Below are positions 16,989 to 27,194 of a DNA stretch of 64,000 nt, one piece after another. The notes under the pieces were generated by a model. That model did no database searches, was not told the DNA's origin, and was given only the letters and a program-made list of their open reading frames with translations. The stretch is taken from positions 25,120-89,119 of the forward strand of contig JBAYJR010000002.1 in assembly GCA_041665005.1 (NCBI GenBank), given 5' to 3'. The translations under genes were made by a program, and so were the position numbers. The stretch's first letter is position 1, and each line of letters begins with the position of its first letter. This DNA comes from Candidatus Buchananbacteria bacterium. GTDB taxonomy: Bacteria > Patescibacteriota > Patescibacteriia > 2-01-FULL-39-33 > JBAYJR01.

Positions 16989-18374
16989 TTGGTTATGGCA
17001 GAGTTCAAAAAATATAATTTTAAGGATATCAATCGGGCGGTGTATAAAACTTTGCCTGGTTTGTCGTCAAAAATTATCAAACAGATTTCTTTGCACAAAC
17101 AAGAGCCAGCTTGGATGCTAGTCAAGCGCCTGGCCGCGTATAAAATTTTTAAAAAACTGCCACTACCTAAGTGGGGTCCAAATTTAGCCTCATTGAATTT
17201 TGATCAGATCACTTATTATTGGGATCCGGCTAACCAACAGTCGTCTACTTGGCAGGAGGTGCCAGAAAACATTAAAAATACTTTTACAAAATTAGGTATT
17301 CCGCAAGCCGAACGGAAATTTTTGGCCGGGGTGGGAGCACAATATGAATCCGAGATGATCTACCATAATTTAAAAGAACAGTGGACAAAATTGGGTGTAG
17401 TATTTTGTGATATGTCGGAAGCGCCTAAACTTTATCCAGAACTAGTTAAGAAATATTTTGGTTCGTTAGTGCCGGCCGCAGACAACAAATTCGCCGCTTT
17501 AAATGCCGCCTGCTGGTCCGGTGGTTCATTTATTTACGTTCCTAAAGGGGTAAAAGTAGAACAGCCCTTACAGGCCTATTTTCGGTTAAATGCCTCGCAA
17601 TTAGGTCAATTTGAGCGTACCTTGATTATCGTAGACGAAGGGGCCTCGTTGCATTATATTGAAGGTTGTACGGCACCAACTTATAGTAAAAACTCTTTAC
17701 ACGCGGCGGTGGTAGAAGTGTTCGCTTTAAAAAATTCTAAGGTGCGTTATACGACGATTCAAAATTGGTCCAATAATGTTTTAAATTTAGTTACTAAACG
17801 AGCGGCGGCGGAAGCTAATGCCGTGGTGGAATGGGTGGATGGCAATTTAGGTTCTAAAATAACTATGAAATATCCGGCGGTAATTTTGCGGGGCGCTGGC
17901 GCTAAGGCAGAAATTTTAACTATTGCTTTAGCCGGCCAGGGTCAACAGCAAGATACTGGTGCCAAGGTGATTCATTTAGCACCTAATACCAAATCTAGTA
18001 TCGTAGCCAAGTCAATTTCTAAAAGTGGCGGGGTGGCCACTTATCGCGGTTTGGTGAAGATTGGCCCACGAGCTTATGGCAGTCAGAGTAAGGTAAAATG
18101 CGATGCTTTAATTCTAGATGAAAAATCCAGCAGTAATACTTTCCCAACGATTAATGATGCCACCAATCAAGCGGTGGTGGAACATGAAGCGACGGTGTCA
18201 AAAATTTCCGCCGAGCAATTAGCTTATTTACAAAGTCGCGGCTTAACTTCGGCCGAAGCGGAAAAATTAATTGTCTCTGGTTTTTTGCAAATTTTCGCCA
18301 AAGAATTACCAATGGAATATGCTTTAGAATTAAATCGGCTAATTGCTTTAGAAATGACCGGAGCGGTTGGTTAG
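16989..18374 (+). CDS. sufB: Fe-S cluster assembly protein SufB
   Basis: SufB/SufD beta-helix core with conserved FIYVPKGV and C-terminal GLTSAEAEKLIVSGF. Confidence 0.93.
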   Translation: MVMAEFKKYNFKDINRAVYKTLPGLSSKIIKQISLHKQEPAWMLVKRLAAYKIFKKLPLPKWGPNLASLNFDQITYYWDPANQQSSTWQEVPENIKNTFTKLGIPQAERKFLAGVGAQYESEMIYHNLKEQWTKLGVVFCDMSEAPKLYPELVKKYFGSLVPAADNKFAALNAACWSGGSFIYVPKGVKVEQPLQAYFRLNASQLGQFERTLIIVDEGASLHYIEGCTAPTYSKNSLHAAVVEVFALKNSKVRYTTIQNWSNNVLNLVTKRAAAEANAVVEWVDGNLGSKITMKYPAVILRGAGAKAEILTIALAGQGQQQDTGAKVIHLAPNTKSSIVAKSISKSGGVATYRGLVKIGPRAYGSQSKVKCDALILDEKSSSNTFPTINDATNQAVVEHEATVSKISAEQLAYLQSRGLTSAEAEKLIVSGFLQIFAKELPMEYALELNRLIALEMTGAVG

Positions 18375-18389
18375 TCAAAGGATTAAAAT

Positions 18390-19136
18390 ATGAAAGACTT
18401 AAAATTAATTAAAAATTTAGAAGTTAAGCTAGAAGCTAAAACTTTAGTTTTAACTGTCAAAAAAAGATGTACGGTAGAAATTATTAGTGCCAAATTTTTG
18501 GCTAAAAAAATTAAAGTAATTGTTCAAGCTGGCGCTAAACTAAATTTATTAATTTCTCGCACGCAACTTAAGCCAGAAAACTGGAAATTTGTTTTACAAG
18601 AGCAAAGCCAGTTGGCCCAGGTAATCTATTTAAAAAATCAATCGGCTTTACAGTTTAGTCAGCAGTTTAGTTTAGTTGGTCGCCAGGCTAGCCAACAAAC
18701 CTTGTTAGCCGGTCAGTTTAAAGCTGGTCAGACCAAGATTGATTTAGCAGTCAAGCAGTTGGCGCGGCAAACCAGTAGTCAAATTATTATTAAGGCTTTA
18801 GCCGAAAGTAACGGACAAACGCAAATTACCGTAGATAATTTAATTACTAAAGTGGCCACGGAATCTTTAGCAAATATTACCCAGCAGTCGTTAATTTTAT
18901 CGCCTCAAGCACAAGTTATTATTAGGCCCAATTTAGTAATTAATAATAATGAGGTTTTAGCCAGTCACGCCGCGACTTTGGGTGATTTAGATAATCAAGC
19001 TTTAATTTATCTGCAGGAACGCGGTTTGACTTATATGCAGGCTAAAGAATTACTGGTGCAATCATTTTTTCGGCCATTGCTTCACCAGCTAAATTCGGCT
19101 ACAATTAAATCAGCTTTTTGCAAACTAATTTCCTAA
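18390..19136 (+). CDS. sufD: Fe-S cluster assembly protein SufD (short form)
   Basis: SufB/D family. Its C-terminal LIYLQERGLTYMQAKELLVQSF parallels the SufB C-terminus. Confidence 0.75.
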   Translation: MKDLKLIKNLEVKLEAKTLVLTVKKRCTVEIISAKFLAKKIKVIVQAGAKLNLLISRTQLKPENWKFVLQEQSQLAQVIYLKNQSALQFSQQFSLVGRQASQQTLLAGQFKAGQTKIDLAVKQLARQTSSQIIIKALAESNGQTQITVDNLITKVATESLANITQQSLILSPQAQVIIRPNLVINNNEVLASHAATLGDLDNQALIYLQERGLTYMQAKELLVQSFFRPLLHQLNSATIKSAFCKLIS

Positions 19137-19137
19137 A

Positions 19138-20358
19138 ATGAGTAAGCAAAATTATAAAAAAGATTTTCCTATTTTTAAAACTTATCCCAAGCTAGTTTAC
19201 TTAGATTCGGCCGCGACCAGTCAAAAGCCGGCGGTGGTGATTCAGGCGGAAATTGATTGGTATCAGAAATATAACGCCAACGTGCATCGTGGAGCCTATG
19301 CTTTAGCCGAAAGTGCTACCAAGCAATATGAACAGTCGCGACAAATAGTGGCAGATTTTTTGCAAGCTAAATCAGCGGAAATTGTGTTTACCAAAGGAGC
19401 CACTGAAGCTATAAATTTGGCAGCCAGTGCCTGGGGCTTAAAAAATTTAAAACGCGGGGACGTAATTTTATTAACCGAGATGGAGCATCATGCCAATTTA
19501 GTGCCTTGGCAGGTAGTAGCTAAAATTACCGGAGCTAAATTGCGATTTTGGCCGATCAATAAACAAGGAGAATTAATTTGGCGAGATTTAAATAAACTAT
19601 TTAAAAATGTTAAATTAGTAGGAGTGTCGCATATTTCTAATGTTTTGGGGACGATCAATCCTATTGCCAAAATTACTAAGTTAGCGCATAAGCATCGGGC
19701 TAAAGTTTTGGTAGACGCCGCGCAAAGCGCCGGTCACTTACCATTGTCAGTAAAAAAATTACAACCCGATTGGTTGGTTTTGGCTGGGCATAAAATGTTG
19801 GGGCCAACCGGAATTGGGGTATTATATACCAAAGCGGAACGCTATCCAGAAATGGCTGTTTATCAAACCGGCGGTAGTATGATTAGCGAAGTAAAATATT
19901 TTCAAACTAAATTTGCAAAACCGCCAACTAAATTTGAAGCGGGGACCCCGCCGTTAGCTCAAGCCTATGGCTTGGCGGTAGCCATTAAATATTTACAAAA
20001 AATTGGTTTAACAAAAATTGAACAACACCATCAAGAATTGACTAAATGTGCCTATAAACAGTTATTAAAAATTCCCGCCATTAAAATTTATGGTCCAAAT
20101 TTTACCAAGCGGGGAGCAGTGATCGCTTTTGGGGTGGCCGGTCTTCATCCTCATGATTTAGCTACTTGGTTAGATGGTTATCAGGTCGCCATTCGGGCGG
20201 GGCATCATTGTGCTCAGCCTTTGCACGATCAGTTGGGCGTTGTTGCCTCGGCTAGAATTAGTTTTCACTTATACAATACCAAAAGTGACGTGGTTAAATT
20301 TATTCAAGCTTTAAAAATAATTATCAAAAAATGGCAGAGCTCTATCAGCAAAAAATAA
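19138..20358 (+). CDS. sufS: cysteine desulfurase SufS (class V aminotransferase)
   Basis: YLDSAATSQKP, the PLP-lysine region VLAGHKMLGPTGIGVLY, and the RAGHHCAQP catalytic Cys loop. Confidence 0.95.
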   Translation: MSKQNYKKDFPIFKTYPKLVYLDSAATSQKPAVVIQAEIDWYQKYNANVHRGAYALAESATKQYEQSRQIVADFLQAKSAEIVFTKGATEAINLAASAWGLKNLKRGDVILLTEMEHHANLVPWQVVAKITGAKLRFWPINKQGELIWRDLNKLFKNVKLVGVSHISNVLGTINPIAKITKLAHKHRAKVLVDAAQSAGHLPLSVKKLQPDWLVLAGHKMLGPTGIGVLYTKAERYPEMAVYQTGGSMISEVKYFQTKFAKPPTKFEAGTPPLAQAYGLAVAIKYLQKIGLTKIEQHHQELTKCAYKQLLKIPAIKIYGPNFTKRGAVIAFGVAGLHPHDLATWLDGYQVAIRAGHHCAQPLHDQLGVVASARISFHLYNTKSDVVKFIQALKIIIKKWQSSISKK

Positions 20359-20693
20359 TGCGCCACTATCAACAGCCGCAAAATCGTGGTAAACTGAAAG
20401 CGGCGGATTTAGTCTTGTTGGGAAACAACCCATTTTGTGGTGATCAGGTAGAAATTTATTTAAAATTAGACTCAGCCAAAAAGATTAAAGAAGTGGGTTG
20501 GCTGGGGGCCGGTTGTGTAATTTCTCAGGCCTCGATGTCATTGTTTTCTCAAGTATTAAAAGGTAAAACTTTAGCGCAGGCCAAAAAGATTAAGTCGGAA
20601 AAGATTATTAAAGAATTGGGCATCAAACTTTCGCCGACACGGTTAAAATGCGCGCTATTGCCACTGTATGCGATTAAAGAGCAGGGGAATTAA
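20331..20693 (+). CDS. sufU: SUF-system NifU-family Fe-S scaffold SufU
   Basis: NPFCGD and GAGCVIS Cys motifs with a C-terminal LKCA, at the SufU position of the operon. Confidence 0.85.
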   Translation: MAELYQQKIMRHYQQPQNRGKLKAADLVLLGNNPFCGDQVEIYLKLDSAKKIKEVGWLGAGCVISQASMSLFSQVLKGKTLAQAKKIKSEKIIKELGIKLSPTRLKCALLPLYAIKEQGN

Positions 20694-20713
20694 AATTAAA
20701 TTTATTAGACCAT

Positions 20714-21061
20714 ATGATTTCTGAAGACACTACTAATCCAGATTTAGGTTCGCCGATTTTAAGTTTTGAGGAGTTTTCTTTGCGCGGTCCGGATAATCGC
20801 CCGCGTTATGAAAATTTCTTTTTGTTTTTTGCCAAGGCTGATCCAGAAGCTTATGATGGCTATCATGACAAGCTTTGCTATAAAAAATTTATCGCAGAGA
20901 ACCCTGAATTAAATCAAATTTTGAATAATAAAGTTCAAGCGGTAATTGATAGCAAGATTTTGTCACGTTCTAAATCTTTTAAGGAATTTGATGACCAGCT
21001 TTATGAGGCTTATAAAATTATGCGTGGTTATGGGGTTAGTGACGAGGAATTATTTGGTTAG
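20714..21061 (+). CDS. hypothetical protein
   Basis: 115-aa ORF with no recognised motif. Confidence 0.45.
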   Translation: MISEDTTNPDLGSPILSFEEFSLRGPDNRPRYENFFLFFAKADPEAYDGYHDKLCYKKFIAENPELNQILNNKVQAVIDSKILSRSKSFKEFDDQLYEAYKIMRGYGVSDEELFG

Positions 21062-21220
21062 TTTGGGATAAAAATTTATAATTCAAACATGGCCGATACT
21101 GTTTATTTTTACGTAGACAGCCATGGGCGGATAAGTTATAATTAGGTTTTAATACTTTGTATATAAACGAGTTAGCTGAAATTAAGAATAGGCAAAAAAA
21201 GATAAAATAAATTCTTACAT

Positions 21221-22024
21221 ATGGGCAACCATAAAATCAGCATAACTGCAGAATTTGCATCTTTGATTAAATCAAGAACGGATGAAAAATATAATTATTT
21301 CGTTTCTAATAAAACGAGGAAATTATACAAGCTAATTTCTAATGTTTTTTCAAAAAATGCGATAGATAAGATTTTTCATGATAGACTGACTCTTTCGAAT
21401 GAATTTGGCACATTCATAGAAAAAAACAATTTTGAGACTATCGTTGAATTTGGTGCCGGTTATTCATTAAGGGGATTTGTATATTCCTTACAAAATAAGG
21501 ATGTAATTTATATTGATACGGATTTTGTTGGGGTGATAGAAAATAAAAAACAAATATTATTTGATATCTGTAAGGATGCTAATATTATTTACCCTGATAA
21601 TTATAGATTATTATCTGTGGATGTTTTAAATGATGATCTGGCTGAAAAATTGAATTCATATCTGAAAAATAGGAATTTATTTTTAGCTGAGGGTTTAACG
21701 TCGTATTTCAATTTTAAGGAATATTCAAAATTCTTGGACCGAATACGTCCATTTTTGAAACAATTTCAAAATGTATTTTTTTCTCAAGAGAATTTTTTAA
21801 AAAAACATTCTCTAGTTTATATGATTTTAAGGAAATTGGTTGTTGTTATGACTAGAAATAAATCATACATTAAATTTAAAACAAAAGACGATTTAACCAA
21901 ATTCCTAACAATAAAGGATTTAGCGATTGTCATGCATATTTCAAAGATGAGCATTTATTTTATAGAATCAATTAAATTATTTTGCCCATTTTTAACATCA
22001 TTTAATAACGTATATTTGTTTTAG
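21221..22024 (+). CDS. putative SAM-dependent methyltransferase (leucine-carboxyl/tetracenomycin O-MT-like), tentative; very AT-rich
   Basis: IVEFGAGYSLRG resembles the LCM-family motif I, followed by an acidic YIDTDF. Weak. Confidence 0.35.
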   Translation: MGNHKISITAEFASLIKSRTDEKYNYFVSNKTRKLYKLISNVFSKNAIDKIFHDRLTLSNEFGTFIEKNNFETIVEFGAGYSLRGFVYSLQNKDVIYIDTDFVGVIENKKQILFDICKDANIIYPDNYRLLSVDVLNDDLAEKLNSYLKNRNLFLAEGLTSYFNFKEYSKFLDRIRPFLKQFQNVFFSQENFLKKHSLVYMILRKLVVVMTRNKSYIKFKTKDDLTKFLTIKDLAIVMHISKMSIYFIESIKLFCPFLTSFNNVYLF

Positions 22025-22054
22025 GCTTTCCACAAAAGCTCCATTTATAATTCT

Positions 22055-22591
22055 ATGAACTACAAACATACTCAAATTGGTTACCTAATGCTGGTTGTTA
22101 CGCTGGCCGTGCTAGCGTTTTTCACTTGGCTGTATATTACGAGCGCGGTCGAGCCTCCCTCGGTTGACTCCGGCAATAATCTTGCTGTTACTACTGTCAT
22201 GGCCTTAATTTTATTTATTCTGGCTTCCTTCTGGTCACTTCAAATAATGATTGATGAAAAGTATTTACGAATTAAATTTGGCTACGGTCTTTATCAAAAA
22301 AAGTTTTTGCTTAATGACGTAATATCCGCTAAAATAGTAAAGAATCACTGGTACTACGGCTGGGGAGTAAAAGTCTGGTTTTGGCCTTATATGTGGATTT
22401 ACAATATTTCCGGTTTTGACGCGGTTGAAATAAAATTGAAGAATGGCCAAACGTACCGGATAGGCACGGATGAACCCAAGAAATTAGAACAAGCGATTCT
22501 GCAGTCAATCCGCAGAACTTCGGATACGGTTATATCCACAGGAGCCAAAGATGCACTAAATAAAATCATGGAGCAAAAAATTAAATACTAA
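22055..22591 (+). CDS. membrane protein (two N-terminal TM helices plus a bacterial PH-like domain), hypothetical
   Basis: Hydrophobic segments at residues about 10..30 and 45..65. Confidence 0.45.
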   Translation: MNYKHTQIGYLMLVVTLAVLAFFTWLYITSAVEPPSVDSGNNLAVTTVMALILFILASFWSLQIMIDEKYLRIKFGYGLYQKKFLLNDVISAKIVKNHWYYGWGVKVWFWPYMWIYNISGFDAVEIKLKNGQTYRIGTDEPKKLEQAILQSIRRTSDTVISTGAKDALNKIMEQKIKY

Positions 22592-22602
22592 TCTCATTTC
22601 TT

Positions 22603-22908
22603 ATGGAGTTTAATAAATTAGTCAGGGATAATATTCCAGAAATTATTGAAGGTAAAGGTGAAAAGGCTTTTACACACATTGCCGAAGAAAAAGAATATGG
22701 GGAAGCTTTAGAGCAGAAGTTATTGGAGGAAGCAAATGAATTTTTACAAAATCCTTCAGTTGAAGAGGCGGCGGATATTTTAGAAGTTTTGCAGGCAATT
22801 TGTGCTCTAAAGGGCATTGATCTAAGTAAGCTTGAAGAAGTCCGTCAGAAAAAAGCCAAGGAGCGGGGAGGTTTTAAGAATAGAATAATTTTAGATAGAA
22901 CAGAGTAA
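22603..22908 (+). CDS. MazG-like nucleoside triphosphate pyrophosphohydrolase (all-alpha NTP-PPase)
   Basis: KLVRDNIPEII...EExxE...AADILEVL matches the MazG nucleotide pyrophosphohydrolase domain. Confidence 0.7.
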   Translation: MEFNKLVRDNIPEIIEGKGEKAFTHIAEEKEYGEALEQKLLEEANEFLQNPSVEEAADILEVLQAICALKGIDLSKLEEVRQKKAKERGGFKNRIILDRTE

Positions 22909-22979
22909 CGTTGGGGCGGTTATCTTATAACATTGCAGAACACCGAGTATGACCACAAGAGTGAAAAAATTATTTTTTT

Positions 22980-23549
22980 ATGTCTAAACAATCAGCGGCC
23001 ATTGAAGCAATCACTAAATTTATTTTTTTAGAATCTTCCAAAATAAAAAAGGTAGATTTAATCTTTGTTTTTGGCAGTAGTTATTTAACAACTATGGATG
23101 AAGTAAAAAAGCTTTATAATAAAAAAGTGGCCAACAAAATACTTATTACCGGTCATAGCAAGGGTAAGTTAAAAGAAATTGAGGCCGACAGATTTTACAA
23201 CAAAGGCTTAGAACTGGGGATTGTCCCGGAAGTTTTTTTGCTGGAAAAAGAAGCCACTAACACCAAAGAAAATATTATTAATTCTCGGCCGTTGATTGAA
23301 CGGTCAATTGGTTTTAAAAATATTAAAAAGATAATGTTTGTTTGTAAGGCCTTTCATACCAGAAGAGTATTAATGACCGCCAAAAAGTTTTTTCCATCAA
23401 ATATCAAATACTATTTTTGCCCGGTTATTGATGAAAGAAACATCAAAAAAGAAAATTGGTGGCAAAACAAAGAGGCCAAAACCAGAGTACTTGAGGAATT
23501 GCGTCGTATTGCGGAATATACCTTAAAAGGTGATTTGTCGCTTGAATAA
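22980..23549 (+). CDS. YdcF/SanA family protein (DUF218)
   Basis: LIFVFGSS...ILITGHSKGK...EATNTKEN pattern typical of DUF218. Confidence 0.6.
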   Translation: MSKQSAAIEAITKFIFLESSKIKKVDLIFVFGSSYLTTMDEVKKLYNKKVANKILITGHSKGKLKEIEADRFYNKGLELGIVPEVFLLEKEATNTKENIINSRPLIERSIGFKNIKKIMFVCKAFHTRRVLMTAKKFFPSNIKYYFCPVIDERNIKKENWWQNKEAKTRVLEELRRIAEYTLKGDLSLE

Positions 23550-23594
23550 AGGATAATTACAAGTACTAGCTTAAAATATTTTATAATTTTTAAA

Positions 23595-24032
23595 ATGTTA
23601 GTTAAAGAAATTAAATATAATTCTCAAGAATATCAAGCAGCTGTTAATTTGAGAAATAAGATATTGCGACTCCCTTTAGGTTTAGTACTTAAGGAAGAAG
23701 ACTTGCAGAGAGAAAAATCTGATTTTCATTTTGCTTTTTTTAAAGGCCAGGAAATAATTGGTACGTTAATACTTACTCCGCTAGATAATACTACTGTAAG
23801 AATGAGACAGGTGGCGGTGGCAAGCGATAATCAAGGTCAGGGGATTGGCTCTAAGTTAGTTGAATTTGCCGAAAAGTTTGCTATTGATCATAAATTTTTA
23901 AAAATTATTTTAAGCGCCAGGAGCACGGCTTTAAATTTTTATAAGAAAAATGGCTATCAAGTTTTAGGCGACGAGTATTTGGGTAAAAGTATAAAAATTC
24001 TACACTTTGAGATGTCAAAAGACATTGCTTAA
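23595..24032 (+). CDS. GNAT family N-acetyltransferase
   Basis: RQVAV...QGQGIGSKLVEFAE is the acetyl-CoA binding motif A (Q/RxxGxG/A). Confidence 0.85.
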   Translation: MLVKEIKYNSQEYQAAVNLRNKILRLPLGLVLKEEDLQREKSDFHFAFFKGQEIIGTLILTPLDNTTVRMRQVAVASDNQGQGIGSKLVEFAEKFAIDHKFLKIILSARSTALNFYKKNGYQVLGDEYLGKSIKILHFEMSKDIA

Positions 24033-24178
24033 TTCAAAGCCCAACTATGAACTTAGCATAATTTAAAAAAATTAATACGCAAATGATTTATAGTCAAAAC
24101 GTCCAAAGCAGGACGGTTTTTGTTTTACCAAAAAAGAGGTATAATAAAAGCAGTTTGATAAATAATTAATCCAACTTT

Positions 24179-25180
24179 ATGGAAAAAAAGGACTATTTTA
24201 AATTGTTTATTGCCTTGCTAATTCCCCAAGTAGCCGGCTGGATTGGTGCAATTTTTACCACGCCGGCAATTACGGGCTGGTATACTGGCTTAAATCGTCC
24301 AGTCTTAGCCCCACCCAATTGGCTCTTTGGTCCCGTTTGGACTATTTTATTTATTTTAATGGGCCTCGCTGTTTACTTAATTTGGCAAAAAGACCATCAA
24401 AGCCAAACAGCTAAAATTGCTTTAAGTGTTTTTGCTTTACAATTAGTTTTGAACACTCTTTGGTCAATTATATTTTTTGGCCTGCATAACCCGGCGGTGG
24501 CGCTAGTAGAAATTGCTTTTTTGTGGTTGGCTATTTTGGTTACGATTATTTATTTTGCCAAAATTTCTAAATCCGCCGCTTGGCTGTTGGTGCCGTATAT
24601 TTTGTGGGTTAGTTTCGCCAGTTATTTAAATTATTCTTTTGTGGTTTTAAATGGCGCAAATTCGGCGGTAGTAATTAATAATAATTCATCAGCCGCTGTT
24701 GAAACCGTCGGTTTAGCTAATCCCGCCAGTGTCAATTGTCAAAAAGTTGGTGGTAATTTAATGATTCAAACTAAGCCCGACGGCGGCCAATATGGGTTAT
24801 GTTATTTTGATGATGCGCGCGCCTGCGAAGAGTGGGCTTTACTGCGCGGTGATTGTACGCCGGGCGGAGCTAAGACTACTGGTTATGATACAGAAGAACA
24901 AAAATATTGTGCTTGGCAGGGCGGACACACTAGCACTAATCCCGGTGCGGTCTGCACCTTTGGGGATGGCTCAACTTGTGTCTTGGCTAAATTATATAAT
25001 GGCGAATGCCGAAAGGGACAAAATGTTAAGGCAAAATATTCTGTAGAAAAAGTTTTGACTGAAACCTGCGATCAAGATTATGAGTGTCAAACTCCAGGAG
25101 AATACTTAGTGCGGTCCAGCTGTCCTTTCACCACTAAATGTCTTGATAAAAAATGCACCGTAATTTGTCCTAAGTTTTAA
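24179..25180 (+). CDS. TspO/MBR (tryptophan-rich sensory protein) fused to C-terminal DUF333-like Cys-rich repeats
   Basis: The N-terminal 160 aa are five Trp-rich TM helices (GWYTGLNRP...PNWLFGPVWTILF). The C-terminus ANPASVNCQKVGGNL...GLCYFDDARACEEWALLRGDC matches the DUF333 (putative hemolysin) consensus, and a second partial copy follows. Confidence 0.7.
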   Translation: MEKKDYFKLFIALLIPQVAGWIGAIFTTPAITGWYTGLNRPVLAPPNWLFGPVWTILFILMGLAVYLIWQKDHQSQTAKIALSVFALQLVLNTLWSIIFFGLHNPAVALVEIAFLWLAILVTIIYFAKISKSAAWLLVPYILWVSFASYLNYSFVVLNGANSAVVINNNSSAAVETVGLANPASVNCQKVGGNLMIQTKPDGGQYGLCYFDDARACEEWALLRGDCTPGGAKTTGYDTEEQKYCAWQGGHTSTNPGAVCTFGDGSTCVLAKLYNGECRKGQNVKAKYSVEKVLTETCDQDYECQTPGEYLVRSSCPFTTKCLDKKCTVICPKF

Positions 25181-25192
25181 GTTGGTTTATTT

Positions 25193-26506
25193 ATGAAAAA
25201 GTTATTACTTGGTTTGCTGAGCTTGATTTTTTTAATCGTGGTGATCGTGGCGGTGATGCTTGTTTTTAAGCTTTGTCCACCGGCCGGTCCTTGGCCAACC
25301 CCGCCGTGGTGTCGTGGCGATTTTGTGGTTGATCAATATCAAGTTAAGGTTTCACCAACCAAATTATCACCAATCAAAGCTGTTAACATGTATGATACTT
25401 GGGGGCGAAATTATAATCAAAGTATGTTTGAAACCACCCAGGCGAATATTGATCGTTCATTTGATCGCGTTAAAGCTTTGGGCGCCCAAGAAGTTTATGT
25501 TCACGATTTTGATCGAGCAATTTATGATGATAAGTATGATCCTTTAAGTATTAATTATAAATTGGTTGATGAAACTTTTTGGAATGATTTTCGAGATCAA
25601 TCGATTAGTCAGGCGGAATTAGTTAAGTTGGTACAAAGTGCACACCAACGTGGTTTAAAATTAGGAATTAAACGAAATTTGGCTTTTGTAAATATTGGTA
25701 AATATCTTTGGTCGGGGCTGTCGGGAAAAATTTCTAGCGAAGTGCAAAAAGATTACGAAGCTTTTAATAGTTCACATAGCGAAGCCTGGATTAAGGATTT
25801 TTTTCAGAAATGGCAGGAGCGTTTAGTGGCTAAGGGTAAAATGTATCAGGCGGCGGGCGTGGATAGTATGACTATTTCGCCAATGTTTCAAGATCCCACT
25901 TTTGCCGGTCAGGAAGATTTGGCTAATGGGTTATGGAAAAATTTGATTACGGAATTACGCAAAAGTTTTACGGGGCAAATTATGGTTGATTTAAATGTTT
26001 ATGGGTTTATTGATGGTAACAATGGCGCCGAAAATTGGCAAAAATATGACTATTACAAACAAGCGGATATTGTGGAAGTAAGAATTTATAAGATTTTAGA
26101 AAAATATCAGACTAAATTTGGTTTTGACCAAAGCAAAATGCAAACTGAGATTTCAGCGATGGTTGCCGAGTTAGATGCTAAAGCTAGGGCGGCAGGGATT
26201 AGGCTTTCGGTATTTTATGCGCCGTCTAGTTATCAAAATTCTATTTTTGCTGGGCCAGTAGAATACTTGGACGTTAAAAACCCGGCCATTAAAAATTTAA
26301 TCAAGGACTATGATGAACAGGCACGAGCCTTTGATTATTTTTTTGTCGCAGTTAATGGTAAGCAAAATATTGTTAGACTTAATGCCGGAAATTTTGCCTG
26401 GGATGACGCTTTGGATCCGGCCGTAATGGCCAGAGTATCAATTTCTGCCAGTTTTCGTAATAAACCGGCGGAGCAGGTAGTAAAAGCCTGGTTTAGTAAA
26501 GAATAG
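25193..26506 (+). CDS. hypothetical membrane-anchored exported protein (possibly a TIM-barrel glycoside-hydrolase-like fold)
   Basis: N-terminal TM anchor LLLGLLSLIFLIVVIVAVMLVF. No confident motif in the remainder. Confidence 0.4.
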   Translation: MKKLLLGLLSLIFLIVVIVAVMLVFKLCPPAGPWPTPPWCRGDFVVDQYQVKVSPTKLSPIKAVNMYDTWGRNYNQSMFETTQANIDRSFDRVKALGAQEVYVHDFDRAIYDDKYDPLSINYKLVDETFWNDFRDQSISQAELVKLVQSAHQRGLKLGIKRNLAFVNIGKYLWSGLSGKISSEVQKDYEAFNSSHSEAWIKDFFQKWQERLVAKGKMYQAAGVDSMTISPMFQDPTFAGQEDLANGLWKNLITELRKSFTGQIMVDLNVYGFIDGNNGAENWQKYDYYKQADIVEVRIYKILEKYQTKFGFDQSKMQTEISAMVAELDAKARAAGIRLSVFYAPSSYQNSIFAGPVEYLDVKNPAIKNLIKDYDEQARAFDYFFVAVNGKQNIVRLNAGNFAWDDALDPAVMARVSISASFRNKPAEQVVKAWFSKE

Positions 26507-26574
26507 TCGGTTTTTGATATTAACGATAATTTTAACTTTATACTTTAAACTTTTAACTTTAAACTCACAATTTT

Positions 26575-27165
26575 ATGCCCCATACCTTAGCTCCCTTGCC
26601 TTACTCCTACGAAGCATTAGAGTCGTTTATTGATCAAGAGACCATGAAAATTCATCACGATAAGCATCACCAGACTTATTGTGATAAATTTAATACGGCT
26701 TTGGCTAAATATCCGCAATATGCAGAAATGGAGCCAGTGGAGTTATTAACCAAATTAGAATCTTTAACTGATATTGAAGCCAAAGATAAAACGGCTATTA
26801 AAAATCATGGCGGGGGATTTGTTAATCATAGTTTGTTTTGGCAGATGATGGATCCGAAAAATACTAAGGATGAGAAATTAATCGCAGAAATTATTACCGC
26901 CTTTGGTTCAGTAGATGAATTTAAAAAGAAATTTAGTGAAATAGCCGTTAATCATTTCGCTTCAGGCTGGGCCTGGTTGGTACGCGATCAAGAAGGGAAA
27001 CTGCAAATTTATTCTTTACCTAATCAAGACACCCCGTACGCCAAAGGCCACACGCCAATTTTGACTTTAGATCTTTGGGAACATGCCTATTATTTAAAAT
27101 ATCAAAATAAGCGCGCGGACTATATTGCTAATTGGTGGCAAGTGATAAAATTAATCCAAGGTTAG
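26575..27165 (+). CDS. sodA: Fe/Mn superoxide dismutase
   Basis: LPYSYEALE..IHHDKHHQTY N-terminus and the C-terminal DLWEHAYY metal-ligand motif. Confidence 0.95.
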   Translation: MPHTLAPLPYSYEALESFIDQETMKIHHDKHHQTYCDKFNTALAKYPQYAEMEPVELLTKLESLTDIEAKDKTAIKNHGGGFVNHSLFWQMMDPKNTKDEKLIAEIITAFGSVDEFKKKFSEIAVNHFASGWAWLVRDQEGKLQIYSLPNQDTPYAKGHTPILTLDLWEHAYYLKYQNKRADYIANWWQVIKLIQG

Positions 27166-27194
27166 TTAATTAAATATTTAACAAAAATAAATTT

